Of a stretch of 64,000 nucleotides of DNA, positions 1 to 15,885 are shown one piece after another. The number at the start of each line of letters is the position of its first letter. The first letter of the stretch is position 1. A program made the position numbers and the translations under genes. Source of the DNA: the human T2T-CHM13v2.0 reference genome, Homo sapiens; NCBI RefSeq assembly GCF_009914755.1, contig NC_060947.1; one strand, 5' to 3'. Below the pieces are notes generated by a model. That model saw only the letters and a list, made by a program, of their open reading frames with translations, was not told where the DNA came from and did not search any database.

Positions 1-187
1 GTGCAAAGCAAAGATCTCCCTTTACCATTTTCCTGGGGATTCCTTCTGACTCTTTCATGCATTAGATTCTAGTTTCCTGCATCCTATGCTTTTCTATTTT
101 ATTATTTACTACCTAATTTTGGTAGAGTACAACTTCTAGTTTCTACGTGAAAAATGGTACACAGTAGGTGAAGTTTTTAAAACTTCA

Positions 188-651
188 TGTATGAGTTTGC
201 TAGGGCTGCCATAACAAAGTACCACAAACTGAGTGGCTTAAACAACATACATTATTGTCTCACAGTTATAGAGGCTAGGAGTTCAAAATCAAGGGGTTGG
301 CAGGTTTTGTTCCTTCTGAGGGTTGTGATGGAGAAACTGTTTGATATCTCTCTTCTATCTTCTGGTGGGTTGCTTAAAATCCTTTGCATTCCTTGGCTTG
401 TAGACACACCATTCCAGTCTCTACTTTTATCTTTGCATGGCAGTCTCAATATGTGTGTGTCTATATAAATTTTCCCTTTTAATAAGGATCCCAGTCATAT
501 TAGATTAAGGGTCCACCCTACTTCAGTATAACCTCATTTTAACTAACTACAGCTGCAACAACCCTACTTCCAAATAAGGTCATGACCTAAGATACTGGGA
601 TTCAGGACTTCAACAGGTGAATTTTAGGGAGACACAATTCAATGCATAGCA
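188..651 (-). mobile_element. MaLR solo LTR (MLT1A/B/C-like)
   Basis: Typical MLT1 termini: tgtatgagtttgctagggctgccataacaaagtaccacaaactg ... ggacttcaaca ... gacacaattcaatgcatagca; inserted in old L1M sequence. Confidence 0.8.
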
Positions 652-1650
652 AGTCAGATGTATGAAAATATTTTCATTCCAAACTAAAATTTGACTGGTC
701 ATAAAATTCAATGTCAGAAATAAATTTTCTTCAGATTTGGAAAATATTGCCTCATTGTTGTCTAGCTTGCTTGCTCAGTAAACTTCTTGCTTATTGAGAA
801 ATCTAATAATTTGGCACTCATGAGTGGTTTTCTCCAGCTCAAATTGTGGCAGATTGCAGAAGTCCAAAAGAGGTAAGCGTGTGGGTTCAAAAAGCAACGT
901 GCCTGTCAATTTTTCTTCATATTCTTAGTGTTTCAAGTTCCAATAGAACAAGGGGAGTTTGGGTTGGGTGTGGGAGAAATGAGTGTGCAAGTTGGGTAAG
1001 GTGAAACTTCTGAGTAAAGATAGCAGATTGAACACATTCTAATTAGTGATTTTTAAATATATAACCTGTTTATATCTTTCTGGAAGCTTTTATATATTTT
1101 CTTTGCTGTAAGCACTCTGAAGTCCTATAAGAACATTACTTGGTGTGGATCTATTTTTGTCCATTTTCCTAGGCACTCTGTAGGCTTTCTCAGTCTAGAA
1201 ACTTATACGTTTTAGTCCTGAGTTTTTTTTTAAGTTTTTTTGATAATTGAATCATTTCTCTGTTTTCATTTTCACAGTTTTTTTCCTCTGTAACTCCTAT
1301 TATAAGAATGTTGTATCTTCTGAATTTTTCTTTAATTTTGCCCATCTTTTCTCTCCTGTATCCTATTTTCTGTTGTTTTCTTCCATTTCCTGGGAGATTT
1401 CTTCAACCATCTTCAAAAATTTGTATCAAGTTTTAAAATTTTTACTGTTTTTAAGTTCCAAGAGTCTTTTTTGTTCTCTGAATATTCCATTTTTTTAATA
1501 TCCTGTTCTTATCTGTTCGTAATTCTCCCTACATAATCTCTGTTTGCTTTAAATTGCATTTTCCATTAGTCTCCTTGGTTGTCTTACAGTTTTTAGTTGA
1601 CTGCTCTTGCCTTTAAGCTAATAATCTCTGAGTTTTCATTAAGAACTTAT
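652..1650 (-). mobile_element. Ancient L1M/L1ME fragment, interrupted by an inverted-duplicated segment at 810-1044
   Basis: T-rich degenerate antisense L1 ORF1-like motifs (ttattgagaaatct, ctttctggaagctt, ttggtgtggatctattt); boundaries approximate. Confidence 0.55.
810..1044. repeat. Inverted repeat arm A (pairs with 2685-2924)
   Basis: Reverse complement of 2698-2924 with 6 mismatches counted over ~227 bp, then a CA-run length difference. Confidence 0.97.
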
Positions 1651-2074
1651 TGACTGGACTTCATTTTAAGCTGTTAGTATGATTATATCTTTCTTTTAAA
1701 GATGGTCAGATGGCACCCACATTACATTTCCAGCTTCCCAGCTGAAAGGCATAGGCCTATGTGCTAGCTTTCTGGGAACCCAGAAAAGGAAGAAGACTTG
1801 AAGGAGGTAGTCTCAGATGGCTTCAACGTTCCTGTCCTTAACGATGCCTGTTTTCCTTCAGTCAAGTTACTTTTTGCTTTACCTTCTCCAGTAAATAAAT
1901 GCTTAGATTTCTGCCAAGGTGGAAAAATAAGGTAGCCCAGCAACATGGATCTGGGGGTGCAGGAGGGAAGAATCTAGGATTCAAACCTGCTTGCTAAAAA
2001 TCCTTCAACCAATAATTTTTATTTCAACCTCCTTTATAGTAGATATTAGGGCAATATAACAATAATCCAGTTTT

Positions 2075-2405
2075 TCTTATTAGAAGCATATGGTAGGATT
2101 TCACTTTTGCATTCCCTTTGGATGTTAAGTACACCATGTGACTTGTTTTGACTATTAAATGTGAGCAGATGACAAGTGACATTTCTAGGCAGAAGGTTTA
2201 AAAGTGAGTGTGTGATTTTCCATGTTATTTTTTCTCCACTATGGTAGTCACAGAAGTATGTTTTAATATGGATCCACCATAAGCCTGACTGTGTATGTTT
2301 TACATTAGATAACTAGTATGAGCAATAGATATATCTTTTTGTTTTAAGCCTGAGATTCTGGGATTGTTTGTTACTACAGTATAACTTAGCCTATTGTAAC
2401 TGACT
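2075..2405 (+). mobile_element. Old MaLR LTR (MLT1J/K-like)
   Basis: catgtgacttgttttgac...aaatgtgagcaga...ttttaagcctgagattctgggattgtttgttactacagtataacttagccta, typical of old MLT1. Confidence 0.6.
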
Positions 2406-2684
2406 CCCTTTAATCTTTACTTTTGATTTAACTATTGTCATATCACCATTCCTGAGCTTTTTGAGGGTAAGTATAAAATGTGTTCTCAGCTCTTCTCTAT
2501 TTCTAATACCCCTGTATTGTGTTTTCTTAGGCATATTTATTTGGTTGTAATGTATCCATCTGCACTCTGGCTGACAAAATTTAGTGACTTCTCTCTCTAT
2601 TTTTATTCCTCCCCTGCTTGTAGGTTTTTTTCCTTCAAAAGTATTACATTTCTCCAATATTATTGAGGTTTCAAGAGATAATGA

Positions 2685-2924
2685 AATTAGATGTGTGTGT
2701 GTTCAATCTGCTATCTTTACTCAGAAGTTTCACCTTACCCAACTTGCACACTCATTTCTCCCACACCCACCCCAAACTCCCCTTGTTCTATTGGAACTTG
2801 AAACACTAAGAATATGAAGAAAAATTGACAGACACGTTGCTTTTTGAACCCACACCTTTACCTCTTTTGGACTTCTGCCATCTGCCACAATTTGAGCTGG
2901 AGAAAACCACTCCTGAGTGCCAAA
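2685..2924. repeat. Inverted repeat arm A'
   Basis: Reverse complement of 810-1044. Confidence 0.97.
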
Positions 2925-2962
2925 GGTTACCACCCAAATCACTGTATACCTCTTGATTCAGA

Positions 2963-3281
2963 CAAACAAAATTGTACTCTTGTGAGTGAATATAATTACA
3001 CCAACAATAATAATCCTGTATTTTTCTATGTTACTCTACAACTTACCAAACAGCTTTGTATTCATTATCATAGTTGAAACTCAACACCTTTCTGATATTC
3101 TGATTCAAATATTAAATTTATACTTGAGGAGGGAGACAAGAATGAACAAACTGAAAAAAAAGATGTACTTTTTGTGTTGTGGGAAATAATGACAAAAATG
3201 CCAGGGTCTTCAAGATAACAATCAGATATTTGTTTAGTAGGCAGTGGCCAGGATCAGTGTTATAAATGATGGTATATAAGT
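2963..3281. repeat. Inverted repeat arm B (pairs with 5251-5878); includes MIR-like sequence
   Basis: Colinear reverse-complement match, roughly 80% by eye, to 5251-5878 once the Alu at 5527-5817 is removed. Confidence 0.92.
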
Positions 3282-3749
3282 TTGTTTTGTTTTCTTATTC
3301 TCAAGAAAGGTATAGTCTGGTAAGTGTCTGTGCTTAGCATGAAGGATCTAGGGCTTGAATGTACTTACCATACTAAAGTATAATTGACATCCTCTCCTGA
3401 AAATACTTACCTTAGCTCTTGGGTCTGGCATCAACCTACAAAGAATAGAGCCAATCAAGTACTATGTGTCCTGTAGAGTTTTTGATTTCCTTGTGGCCAC
3501 AGTTCTGGCACAAGCTTATGTTTTCCCTGAGATTCCTTAGGCCCTTTGTTAATACACATTGAGATTCTCCATGTTTTGGCTCCTCAGGAAGTCAGGCAGT
3601 AGTTTTTAAGATATGGGGAATGTATGAGGTCAGGAGAAGTATTTGGCAGCTTTGGGGATCTGTGTTTCCACTACTAAGGTATAACCTGAAAGACAAGGGC
3701 TGTAGGAAAGGCAGCTGAGGCTAATCTCTCTAAGGCCCTAAGGAGCTCT

Positions 3750-3880
3750 TGCCTGGGCTTCAGAAAATCTGAGTCCTAGACTATGCTTAGTTACTAACAC
3801 CCTGTGTGACCTTGGGCATACAACTTCACCTCCCCGAGCCTCTTGGTTCTAAAAGCCCTTCTGGCTCAATTATTCTGTAA
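3750..3880 (+). mobile_element. MIR SINE fragment
   Basis: MIR core ctgtgtgaccttgggca...acttcacctccccgagcctc. Confidence 0.65.
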
Positions 3881-4028
3881 TTCATGAAAGCTTAATAGTA
3901 CTGGGAATTGTCTTGCTCAGGGTGATAATGGTTTGAGCAAAGAAATGAATAGGCTGAGTAAAGTGCCACCTTCCCAGTGGATATAAAATGCTTTCTGAAT
4001 TAAATGCATATCTCCTAAAGCAATTCTT

Positions 4029-4584
4029 TTTTATTATTATTATACTTTAAGTTTTAGGGTACATGTACACAATGTGCAGGTTAGTTACATATGTATACAT
4101 GTGCCATGTTGTTGTGCTGCACCCATCAACTCATCATTTAACATTAGGTATATCTCCTAATGCTATCCCTCCCCCCTCCCCCCACCCCACAACAGGCCCC
4201 AGAGTGTGATGTTCCCCTTCCTGTGTCCATGTGTTCTCATTGTTCAATTCCCAGCTATGAGTGAGAACATGCGGTGTTTGGTATTTTGTCCTTGAGATAG
4301 TTTGCTGAGAATGATGGTTTCCAGCTTCATCCATGTCCCTACAAAGGACATGAACTCATCATTTTTAACGGCTGCATAGTATTCCATGGTGTATATGTGC
4401 CATATTTTCTTACTCCAGTCTATCATTGTTGGACATTTGGGTTGGTTTCAAGTCTTTGCTATTGTGAATAGTGCCACAATAAACATACTTGTGCATGTGT
4501 CTTTATAACAGCATGATTTATAATCCTTTGGGTATATACCCAGTAATGGGATGGCTGGGTCAAATGGTATTTCTAGTTCAAGAT
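4029..4584 (-). mobile_element. 5'-truncated L1PA (PA4/5-like) 3' end
   Basis: L1 3'UTR and ORF2 C-terminus ([19 protein letters not shown]); 14-bp TSD ctaaagcaattctt at 4015-4028 and 4585-4598. Confidence 0.95.
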
Positions 4585-5250
4585 CTAAAGCAATTCTTAA
4601 TTAGCAGAGCTGGTGTGAGTAAGTCTTGTGGTGAGGCTGCATAGACAGGAATTCAGAATCCAGGGAGAAGGTGATAATAGGCCCAATCTGCTTCTTACCT
4701 CTCATAGCAAAGAATGAGTGTGGTTATAAAAGCTAGGCATCACATTTTAGGGGAAGAAAAAGAGGATAGAGAGGTTTCAGGGCTTTGACCAGGATGATGG
4801 GAGTACTCTGAATTATGCCACATAAGGAAGAGCAGACAGACATAGGGGTGAGTAGTCAGAAGACCTCCAGAAAAGTCTTGGCCCCTGTTCTTAGCATCTC
4901 AAGGGTTCTTGTGGGAAATAGGAGTGACTTAAAATCTGAATAAAAAGGTATACTGTTGTTGGTAGGTAGATGTAACACAGGGACATATTTCAAGTTAATA
5001 GAAAGATACTACTAAGTATTAGAAGCATAGGATGTCTCAAGAATTAGTGAGTTTTTGTTGAAAGTTTATATGGAAAGGCCAAAATACCATCTAATAGAAA
5101 TAATATCGATAGGGTCAGAGGTCAGGCAAGGAGTTGGATTAAATTCTTTAAGTTCCTTCTAAATTCCAAGGGTAAATAATTCCAGATTAGTGGTTAAGCT
5201 AGTGGAAAGGAGATTCTAATCACAGGGTCTGAAATTCCAAGCAGGGGAAC

Positions 5251-5878
5251 ACTTATATACCACCGATTATAAGATTGGTTCCCCACTGCACTGTCCACTG
5301 AATTAACATCTGATTGTTATCTTGAAGACCCAAGTACTTTTGTCATTGTTTCCAACAACTCAAATTGTACATCTTTTTTCAGTTTGTACATTCTTATTCT
5401 TATTGCTTCCTCAAGTGTAAATTGAGTATTTGAATCAGAATATCACAAAGTTGTTGAGTTTTACGTATGATAGTGAATACAAAGCTGTTTGGTAAGTTGT
5501 AAAGTGCCATAGAAAAATACAGGATTGGCCAGGTGCGGTGGCTCATGCCTGTAATCCCAGCACTTTGGGACGCCGAGGTGGGCGGATCACAAGGTCAGGA
5601 GTTTGAGACCAGTCTGACCAACATAATGAAACCCCGTCTCTACTAAAAATACAAAAAATTAGCTGGGTGTGGTGGTGTGTGCCTGTAATCCCAGCCTCTA
5701 AGGAGGCTGAGGCAGAATAATTCACGTGAACCCAGGAGGCAGAGGTTGCAGTGAGGCAAGATCACGTCTCTGCACTCCAGCCTGGGTGACAGTGTGAGAC
5801 TCCATCTCAGAAAAAATAAATACAGGATTATTGTTGTTGGTGTTATTATATTCACTGGCCTGAGTACAATTTTGTTTG
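5251..5878. repeat. Inverted repeat arm B' (interrupted by Alu)
   Basis: Reverse complement of 2963-3281. Confidence 0.92.
5527..5817 (+). mobile_element. AluS
   Basis: Full dimeric Alu; TSD aaatacaggatt on both sides. Confidence 0.97.
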
Positions 5879-6490
5879 GTTGGTTTTAGCTTTTTTATTA
5901 TTTCTTATTCATACATAACAGATGTACATATTTTGCGGTAAATGTGACAATACATTAATATAATATCAAATCAGAGTAATTGAGATGTCCATTGATATAG
6001 CTTGGCTGTGTCCCCACCCAAATCTCATCTTGAATTCCCACGTGTTGTGGAAGGGACCCCGTGGGAGGTAATCAAATCATGGAGGTGGGTCTTTCCCATG
6101 CTGTTCTCATGATAGTGAATAAATCTCATGAGATCTGATGGTTTTATAAAGAGAAGTTCTTTCATGCAACTTCTCTTCTCTCACCATGTAATATGTTCTT
6201 TCCACCTTCTGCCATGACTGTGAGGCCTCTCCAGCCATGTGGAACTGTGAGTCCACTAAATCTCTTTCTTTAGTAAATTTCCCAGTCTCAGGTAGGTCTT
6301 TATTAGCAGTGTGAAAACTGATTAATACATCCATCAGCTTGAACATCTCTCTCTTTTCTTTATGCTAAAAGCATTTAAATGATTCCCTTCTAGCCATTTT
6401 GAAATGTACAGTAGATTAATGTTAACTAAAGTCATCCTACTGATTAATCAAATGCTAGGTTTTATTTCTTCTATCTAACTGTATGTCTTG
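5879..6490 (-). mobile_element. L1MA-like 3' fragment, interrupted by THE1 LTR
   Basis: T-rich tail, then gatgtacatattt...aaatcagagtaattgagatgtccat...ccttctagccattttgaaatgtaca; possible TSD gtacaattt (5864-5872, 6491-6499). Confidence 0.65.
5993..6329 (+). mobile_element. THE1 (MaLR) solo LTR
   Basis: tgatatagcttggctgtgtccccacccaaatctcatcttgaattccc...taataca; 5-bp TSD tccat at 5988-5992 and 6330-6334. Confidence 0.93.
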
Positions 6491-6869
6491 GTACAATTTG
6501 ATCTCTGATAGAGTTTAAATAAGGACAGATTCCTCAAGGTAGAAAAAAGCAGATGGTTTGCTGAGTGATTCTTTCTAGGGTTACTTGACTAATGATTTCC
6601 TTTATAATTTACTTTTCCCACTGGAGCCATGTGATGAGAAGCTGGAGAGAGATGGCTGGAGGCTATAGACAGTTGAGGGTACAAGGGTTTAGAGTAGAAA
6701 TGTAACAGCTATAAAAGATATTGGGAGAGGAGGAATGAGTACAGCAGAACCAGGAATCAAACATATAAAAGCCAAGGTAAGACAGTGAGTGTCTATGCAG
6801 ATGTTTACAGTATTTTTCTTAAAAAAAAACTTGTAGAAATTAGTTGTTCTTTTGTATAAAAGTATTTAG

Positions 6870-7000
6870 GTGGGGCCACCTCAAGACAGAGAGCATTGTT
6901 CAAAGCCTCGGGTCTCTGATGGAATACAAATGTCTCTACTTTGGCACATATCTGATGGGTGTGGAGTTTTGTATCTGCAAATTGGTTGTCTAAAGAACCG
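6870..7000 (+). pseudogene. Putative pseudogene exon 1 (VGPPQDREHCSKPRVSDGIQMSLLWHISDGCGVLYLQIGCLKNR)
   Basis: tttag acceptor, CCG|GTATGA donor, 43 open codons, phase-2 exit. Confidence 0.5.
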
Positions 7001-7339
7001 GTATGATGGAAAAAGGAAATTGGATCCCTGGAATAAACTTAGGGGCTGGCAAGAACAGATAATATTCCTCCTTACATTCCCAACTGTTTCTAGGAAACAA
7101 GACTTGTTTACCTCTTGAAGAACAGAAGAAAAAATGACATTTCTTTTGCTGGGAAGGATTAAAAAGATATTTCTGTTGATCATCTCTTGGTTTGGGATTG
7201 TTTATTTATTAGCTGTTTTCTGAAGTCAAGTTCCAGGTCACAAGGCTTTTGTAATGGGAGGAGGTATCATGAGTGAACAGTGGATATTAGCAGCACTGTG
7301 CCTAGTGACACCTTGGTTAAACCCCTTCTCAGCTACTAT

Positions 7340-7505
7340 TCTTTCTTCTTTTTCTTTTTGCCTTCTGCTTCACTCTACTCTTTTCTCATTTCTTCTCCTC
7401 TTCACTTTGCTTATCTTTTCTTTCCTGGTTCTTGTTTATTATTCCTGTCTTGCATTCCTTCTTTTTTCTCTCCTCCCTATGCATTTCTTTTGCTTCTTTT
7501 TATCC
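7340..7505 (+). repeat. CT-rich low-complexity (polypyrimidine) tract
   Basis: About 160 bp, almost entirely C/T. Confidence 0.8.
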
Positions 7506-7849
7506 CCAGCTGAGTCAGACTCCAGGAAGATGTGCATCCAGAAGACTTTTCCATTCCCAGCTTAGAAAAAAAGACAGATGCAAAGCCTTTATTAGCTCAT
7601 CTCCTTAGTCTCCTAGCCAGGGAAAGATTGCTCCTCAAAATAGATTTTACTTTGCTTTACTTTGATTCAATGTGAAATGATTCAAGCCAAGGGCCTTCTA
7701 TATCTTTCCTTGAGAAATATCATTCCATATTATATACAACTTGCTTTCAAATATTCCCATTCCCTGGAATAATATTTATTTTATTTTGGTTCAGCACATT
7801 ACTACTGGTTAGTTTATCTAGGACCTCCCTAAACCTTTCTGTTCTTTTT

Positions 7850-8095
7850 TTGGTGTTTATTGCTTTCTAGAGGTTACAAATGCTTATCACACTCTCAGAG
7901 AAATTCTTTTGGCCCCTGAAACATTCTGTTCCATGGCCAATACTCCATGAGGCTGTTATTACTGCCATTTAAAAATATGAAATCTGAGATCTGAATGGAT
8001 TAAGACACTTCCATATGATCACAGAGATATAACATAGTGGGCCTGAGATTCAAAACTAGATCTGTTTGATTTCAAAATTAATGGTCTTTCCACAG
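7850..8095 (-). mobile_element. MIR SINE
   Basis: attactgccattt...atgaaatctgagat...attaagacacttcc...atcacagag...gagattcaaaactagatctg. Confidence 0.6.
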
Positions 8096-8304
8096 CATCA
8101 AAATAGGGCTCAGCATAGCTTATGAGAAACAGCACAAAATACTTCTGTAGTTACTTGATCAATCCTTATGTCTAGCCCAAAGCTTATCTGAACAATTTGA
8201 TATTGGACTACATGAGAGGTACTGTGGTATATTAGAGGAGCTCCTGAACTACACACAAAAACACACACACACAAATACATCTTTCCTTCATTTTGGCTGA
8301 AGAG

Positions 8305-8481
8305 TTTAGAAGATTCTGATATGTGTTCAGAGACCGGATTCACCTCCATTTGTGAATTAAGTCCTGTGACATTGTTGTCAGACATCGTATTAGAACTCTC
8401 ACGAGTTATAGACCTTACTAAGAGTAATTTCCATTAGTCTGGTTACATTCCAATTATCATGGCGCCTTATGAAGAAAAAAG
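8305..8481 (+). pseudogene. Putative pseudogene exon 2 (LEDSDMCSETGFTSICELSPVTLLSDIVLELSRVIDLTKSNFH*SGYIPIIMAPYEEK)
   Basis: Pyrimidine tract plus AG; 177 nt, phase 2 in and out; one TAG at 8435-8437; donor degenerate (AG|ATAAGC); several CpGs retained. Confidence 0.55.
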
Positions 8482-8776
8482 ATAAGCCAGTTTTGAAAAC
8501 TGGTGGCCATAATTTAATTTCATGACAACAAAATAAGTTGACATAGTAAATTTATGGCCTATCTGTATTTTACTTAATGGTATAATACCATGCCAGATAA
8601 CTTACTTGAAACTTATCCCATAACCAAGTAATAGATGAACTTCTCTGGATTACTGCAATATGAATAATTTTATCTCTTGGACCATCAATCATGATATGCC
8701 CAACATAACAAAACCAATGTTATGAGACCAAGAATAGGAAATGGGAAGCATCTTTTTTAAAAAAAAATGTATTTTA

Positions 8777-9098
<322 letters not shown>

Positions 9099-9830
9099 TT
9101 ATTTTAGTTTTAGGGGTACAAGTGCAGGATTGTTTTATAGATAAACTCGTCACAGTGTTTTCTTGTACAGATTACTACGTCACTAAGGTACTAAGCCTAG
9201 TGCCCAACAGTTGTTTCTTTCTTCTCCTTTTCCTTCTTCCAGCCTCCACCTTCAAGTAGACCCCAGTGCCTGTTGTTCTCTCTTTTGTGTGTGTCTATGA
9301 GTTCTCATCATTTAGCTCCCACTTATAAGTGAGAACATTCGGTATTTGATTTTCTGTTTCTGTGTTAGTTTGCTAAGGATAATGGCCTCCAGCTACATCT
9401 GTGTTCTTGCAAAGACATGATCTCATTCTTTTTATAGCTGCATAGTATTCCATGGTGTATATGTAACACATTGTCTTTATCCAATCTGTCATTGATGGGC
9501 ATTTGGGCTGATTCCATATCCTTGCTATTGTAAATAGTGCTACAATGAACATTCACATGCATGTGTCTTTGTGGTAGAATGATTTATAATTTTGTGGGTA
9601 TATACCCAGTAATGGGATTGCTGGGTGGAATGGTAGTTCTGATTTTAATTGTTTGAGGAAACCCCACACTGATTTCCACATTGTTTGAACTAATTTACAC
9701 TCCAAACAACAGTGTTAAAGTGCTCCCCTTTGTCTGCAACCTCGCCAGCATCTGCTATTTTATGACATTTTAATAACAGCCATCTGACAGGTGTGAGATG
9801 GTATCTGATTGTGATTTTGCTTTAAATTTT
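9099..9830 (-). mobile_element. Older L1PA (PA13-16-like) 3' end; continues at 15886-18490
   Basis: ggggtacaagtgcaggattg 3'UTR and ORF2 C-terminus; colinear across the nested L1. Confidence 0.85.
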
Positions 9831-10069
9831 CCTTTTTTTTAATTTCAATTTTTAGTTTTTTTTTATTATTATACTTTAAGTTTTAGGGTACATGTGCACA
9901 TTGTGCAGGTTAGTTACATACGTATACATGTGTCATGCTGGTGCGCTGCACCCACTAACTCGTTATCTAGCATTAAGTATATCTCCCAATGCTATCCCTC
10001 CCCCTCCCCCCACCCTACAACGGTCCCCAGAATGTGATGTTCCCCTTCCTGTGTCCATGTGATCTCATT

Positions 10070-13897
<3,828 letters not shown>

Positions 13898-13960
13898 TAT
13901 GATGTTAGCTGGTTATTTTGCTCATTAGTTGATGCAGTTTCTTCCTAGTCTCGATGGTCT

Positions 13961-14976
13961 TTACATTTTGGCATGATTTTGCAGCGGCTGGTACCGGTTG
14001 TTCCTTTCCATGTTTAGTGCTTCCTTCAGCAGCTCTTTTAGGGCAGGCCTGGTGGTGACAAAATCTCTCAGCATTTGCTTTTCTGTAAAGGATTTTATTT
14101 CTCCTTCACTTATGAAGCTTAATTTGGCTGGATATGAAATTCTGGGTTGAAAATTCTTTTCTTTAAGAATGTTGAAAATTGGCCCCCACTCTCTTCTGGC
14201 TTGTAAGGTTTCTGCCGAGAGATCCATTGTTAGTCTGATGGGCTTCCCTTTGAGGGTAACCCGACCTTTCTCTCCGGCTGCCCTTAACATTTTTTCCTTC
14301 ATTTCAACTTTGGTGAATCTGACAATTATGTGTCTTGGAGTTGCTCTTCTCGAGGAGTATCTTTGTGGCGTTCTCTGTATTTCCTGAATCTGAACGTTGG
14401 CCTGCCTTGCTAGATTGGGGAAGTTCTCCTGGATAATATCCTGCAGAGTGTTTTCCAACTTGGTTCCATTCTCCCCGTCACTTTCAGGTACACCAATCAG
14501 ACGTAGATTTGGTCTTTTCACATAGTCCGATATTTCTTGGAGGCTTTGATCAATTCTTTTTATTCTTTTTTCTCTAAACTTCCCTTCTCGCTTCATTTCA
14601 TTCATTTCATCTTCCATTGCTGATACCCTTTCTTCCAGTTGATCGCATAGGCTCCTGAGGCTTCTGCATTCTTCACGTAGTTCTCGAGCCTTGGTTTTCA
14701 GCTCCATCAGCTCCTTTGAGCACTTCTCTGTATTGGTTATTCTAGTTACACATTCTTCTAAATTTTTTCAAAGTTTTCAACTTCTTTGCCTTTCGTTTGA
14801 ATGTTCTCCCTTAGCTCAGAGTATTTTGATCATCTGAAGCCTTCTTCTCTCAGCTCATTGAAGTCATTCTCCATCCAGCTTTGTTCCGTTGCTGGTGAGG
14901 AGCTGCGTTCCTTTGTAGGAGGAGAGTTGCTCTGCTTTTTAGAGTTTCCAGTTTTACTGTTCTGTTTTTTCCCCAT
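13961..14976 (-). pseudogene. L1 ORF1p, frameshifted
   Basis: 248-aa C-terminal ORF1p piece (...RNNRYQPLQNHAKM); ATG at 14976; frame broken near 14765. Confidence 0.93.
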
Positions 14977-15885
14977 CTTTGTGGTTTGTCTACTTTTGGT
15001 CTTTGATGATGGTGATGTACAGATGGGTTTTTGGTGTGGATGTCCTTTCTCTTTGTTAGTTTTCCTTCTAACAGACAGGACCCTCAGCTGCCGGTCTGTT
15101 GGAGTACCCTGCAGTGTGAGGTGTCTGTGTGCCCCTACTGGTGTGTGGCTCCCAGTTATGCTGCTCGGGGATCAGGGTTCAGGGACCCACTTGAGGAGGC
15201 AGTCTGCCCATTCTCAGATCTCCAGCTGCATGCTGGGAGAACCACTGCTCTCTTCAAAGCTGTCAGACAGGGACATTTAAGTCTGCAGAGGTTACTGCTG
15301 TCTTTTTGTTTGTCTGTGCCCTGCTCCAAGATGTGGAGCCTACAGAGGCACACAGGGCTCCTTGAGCTGTGGTGGGCTCCACCCAGTTCGAGCTTCCTGG
15401 CTGCTTTGTTTACCTAAGCAAGCCTGGGCAAAGGTGGGCACCCCTCCCCCATCCTGGCTGCCGCCCTGCAGTTTGATCTCAGACTGCTCTGCTAGCAATC
15501 AGCGAGACTCCGTGGGCGTAGGACCCTCCGAGCCAGGTGCGGGATACAATCTCGTGGTGTGCCGTTTTTTAAGCCTGTCGGAAAATCGCATTATTTTTGG
15601 GTGGGAGTGACCCGATTTTCTAGGTGCGTCCGTCACCCCTTTCTTTGATTAGGAAAGGGAACTCCCTGACCCCTTGCGCTTCCCGAGTGAGGCAATGCCT
15701 CGCCCTGCTTTTGCTCGCGCACGGTGCGCACACCCACTGACCTGCGCCCACTGTCTGGCACTCCCTAGTGAGATGAACCCGGTACCTCAGATGGAAATGC
15801 AGAAATCACTCATCTTCTGTGTCGCTCAGGCTGGGAGCTGTGGACCAGAGCTGTTCTTATTCCGCCATCTTGGCTCCTCCCTCCT

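Noticed and set aside
1045-2684. Spacer inverted between arms A and A', or a DNA transposon with TIRs
   Set aside because: The old L1M appears colinear across arm A; no transposase or clear TSD
3911-3941. Short hairpin ttgctca...tgagcaa as a miRNA candidate
   Set aside because: Stem too short; no mature miRNA recognised
6881-7183. 100-aa minus-strand ORF
   Set aside because: No recognisable domain; antisense to putative exon 1
7254-7565. Hydrophobic 103-aa ORF resembling a membrane protein
   Set aside because: Translation of a CT-rich low-complexity tract
8110-8385. 91-aa minus-strand ORF
   Set aside because: Runs into a (TG)n repeat and is antisense to putative exon 2
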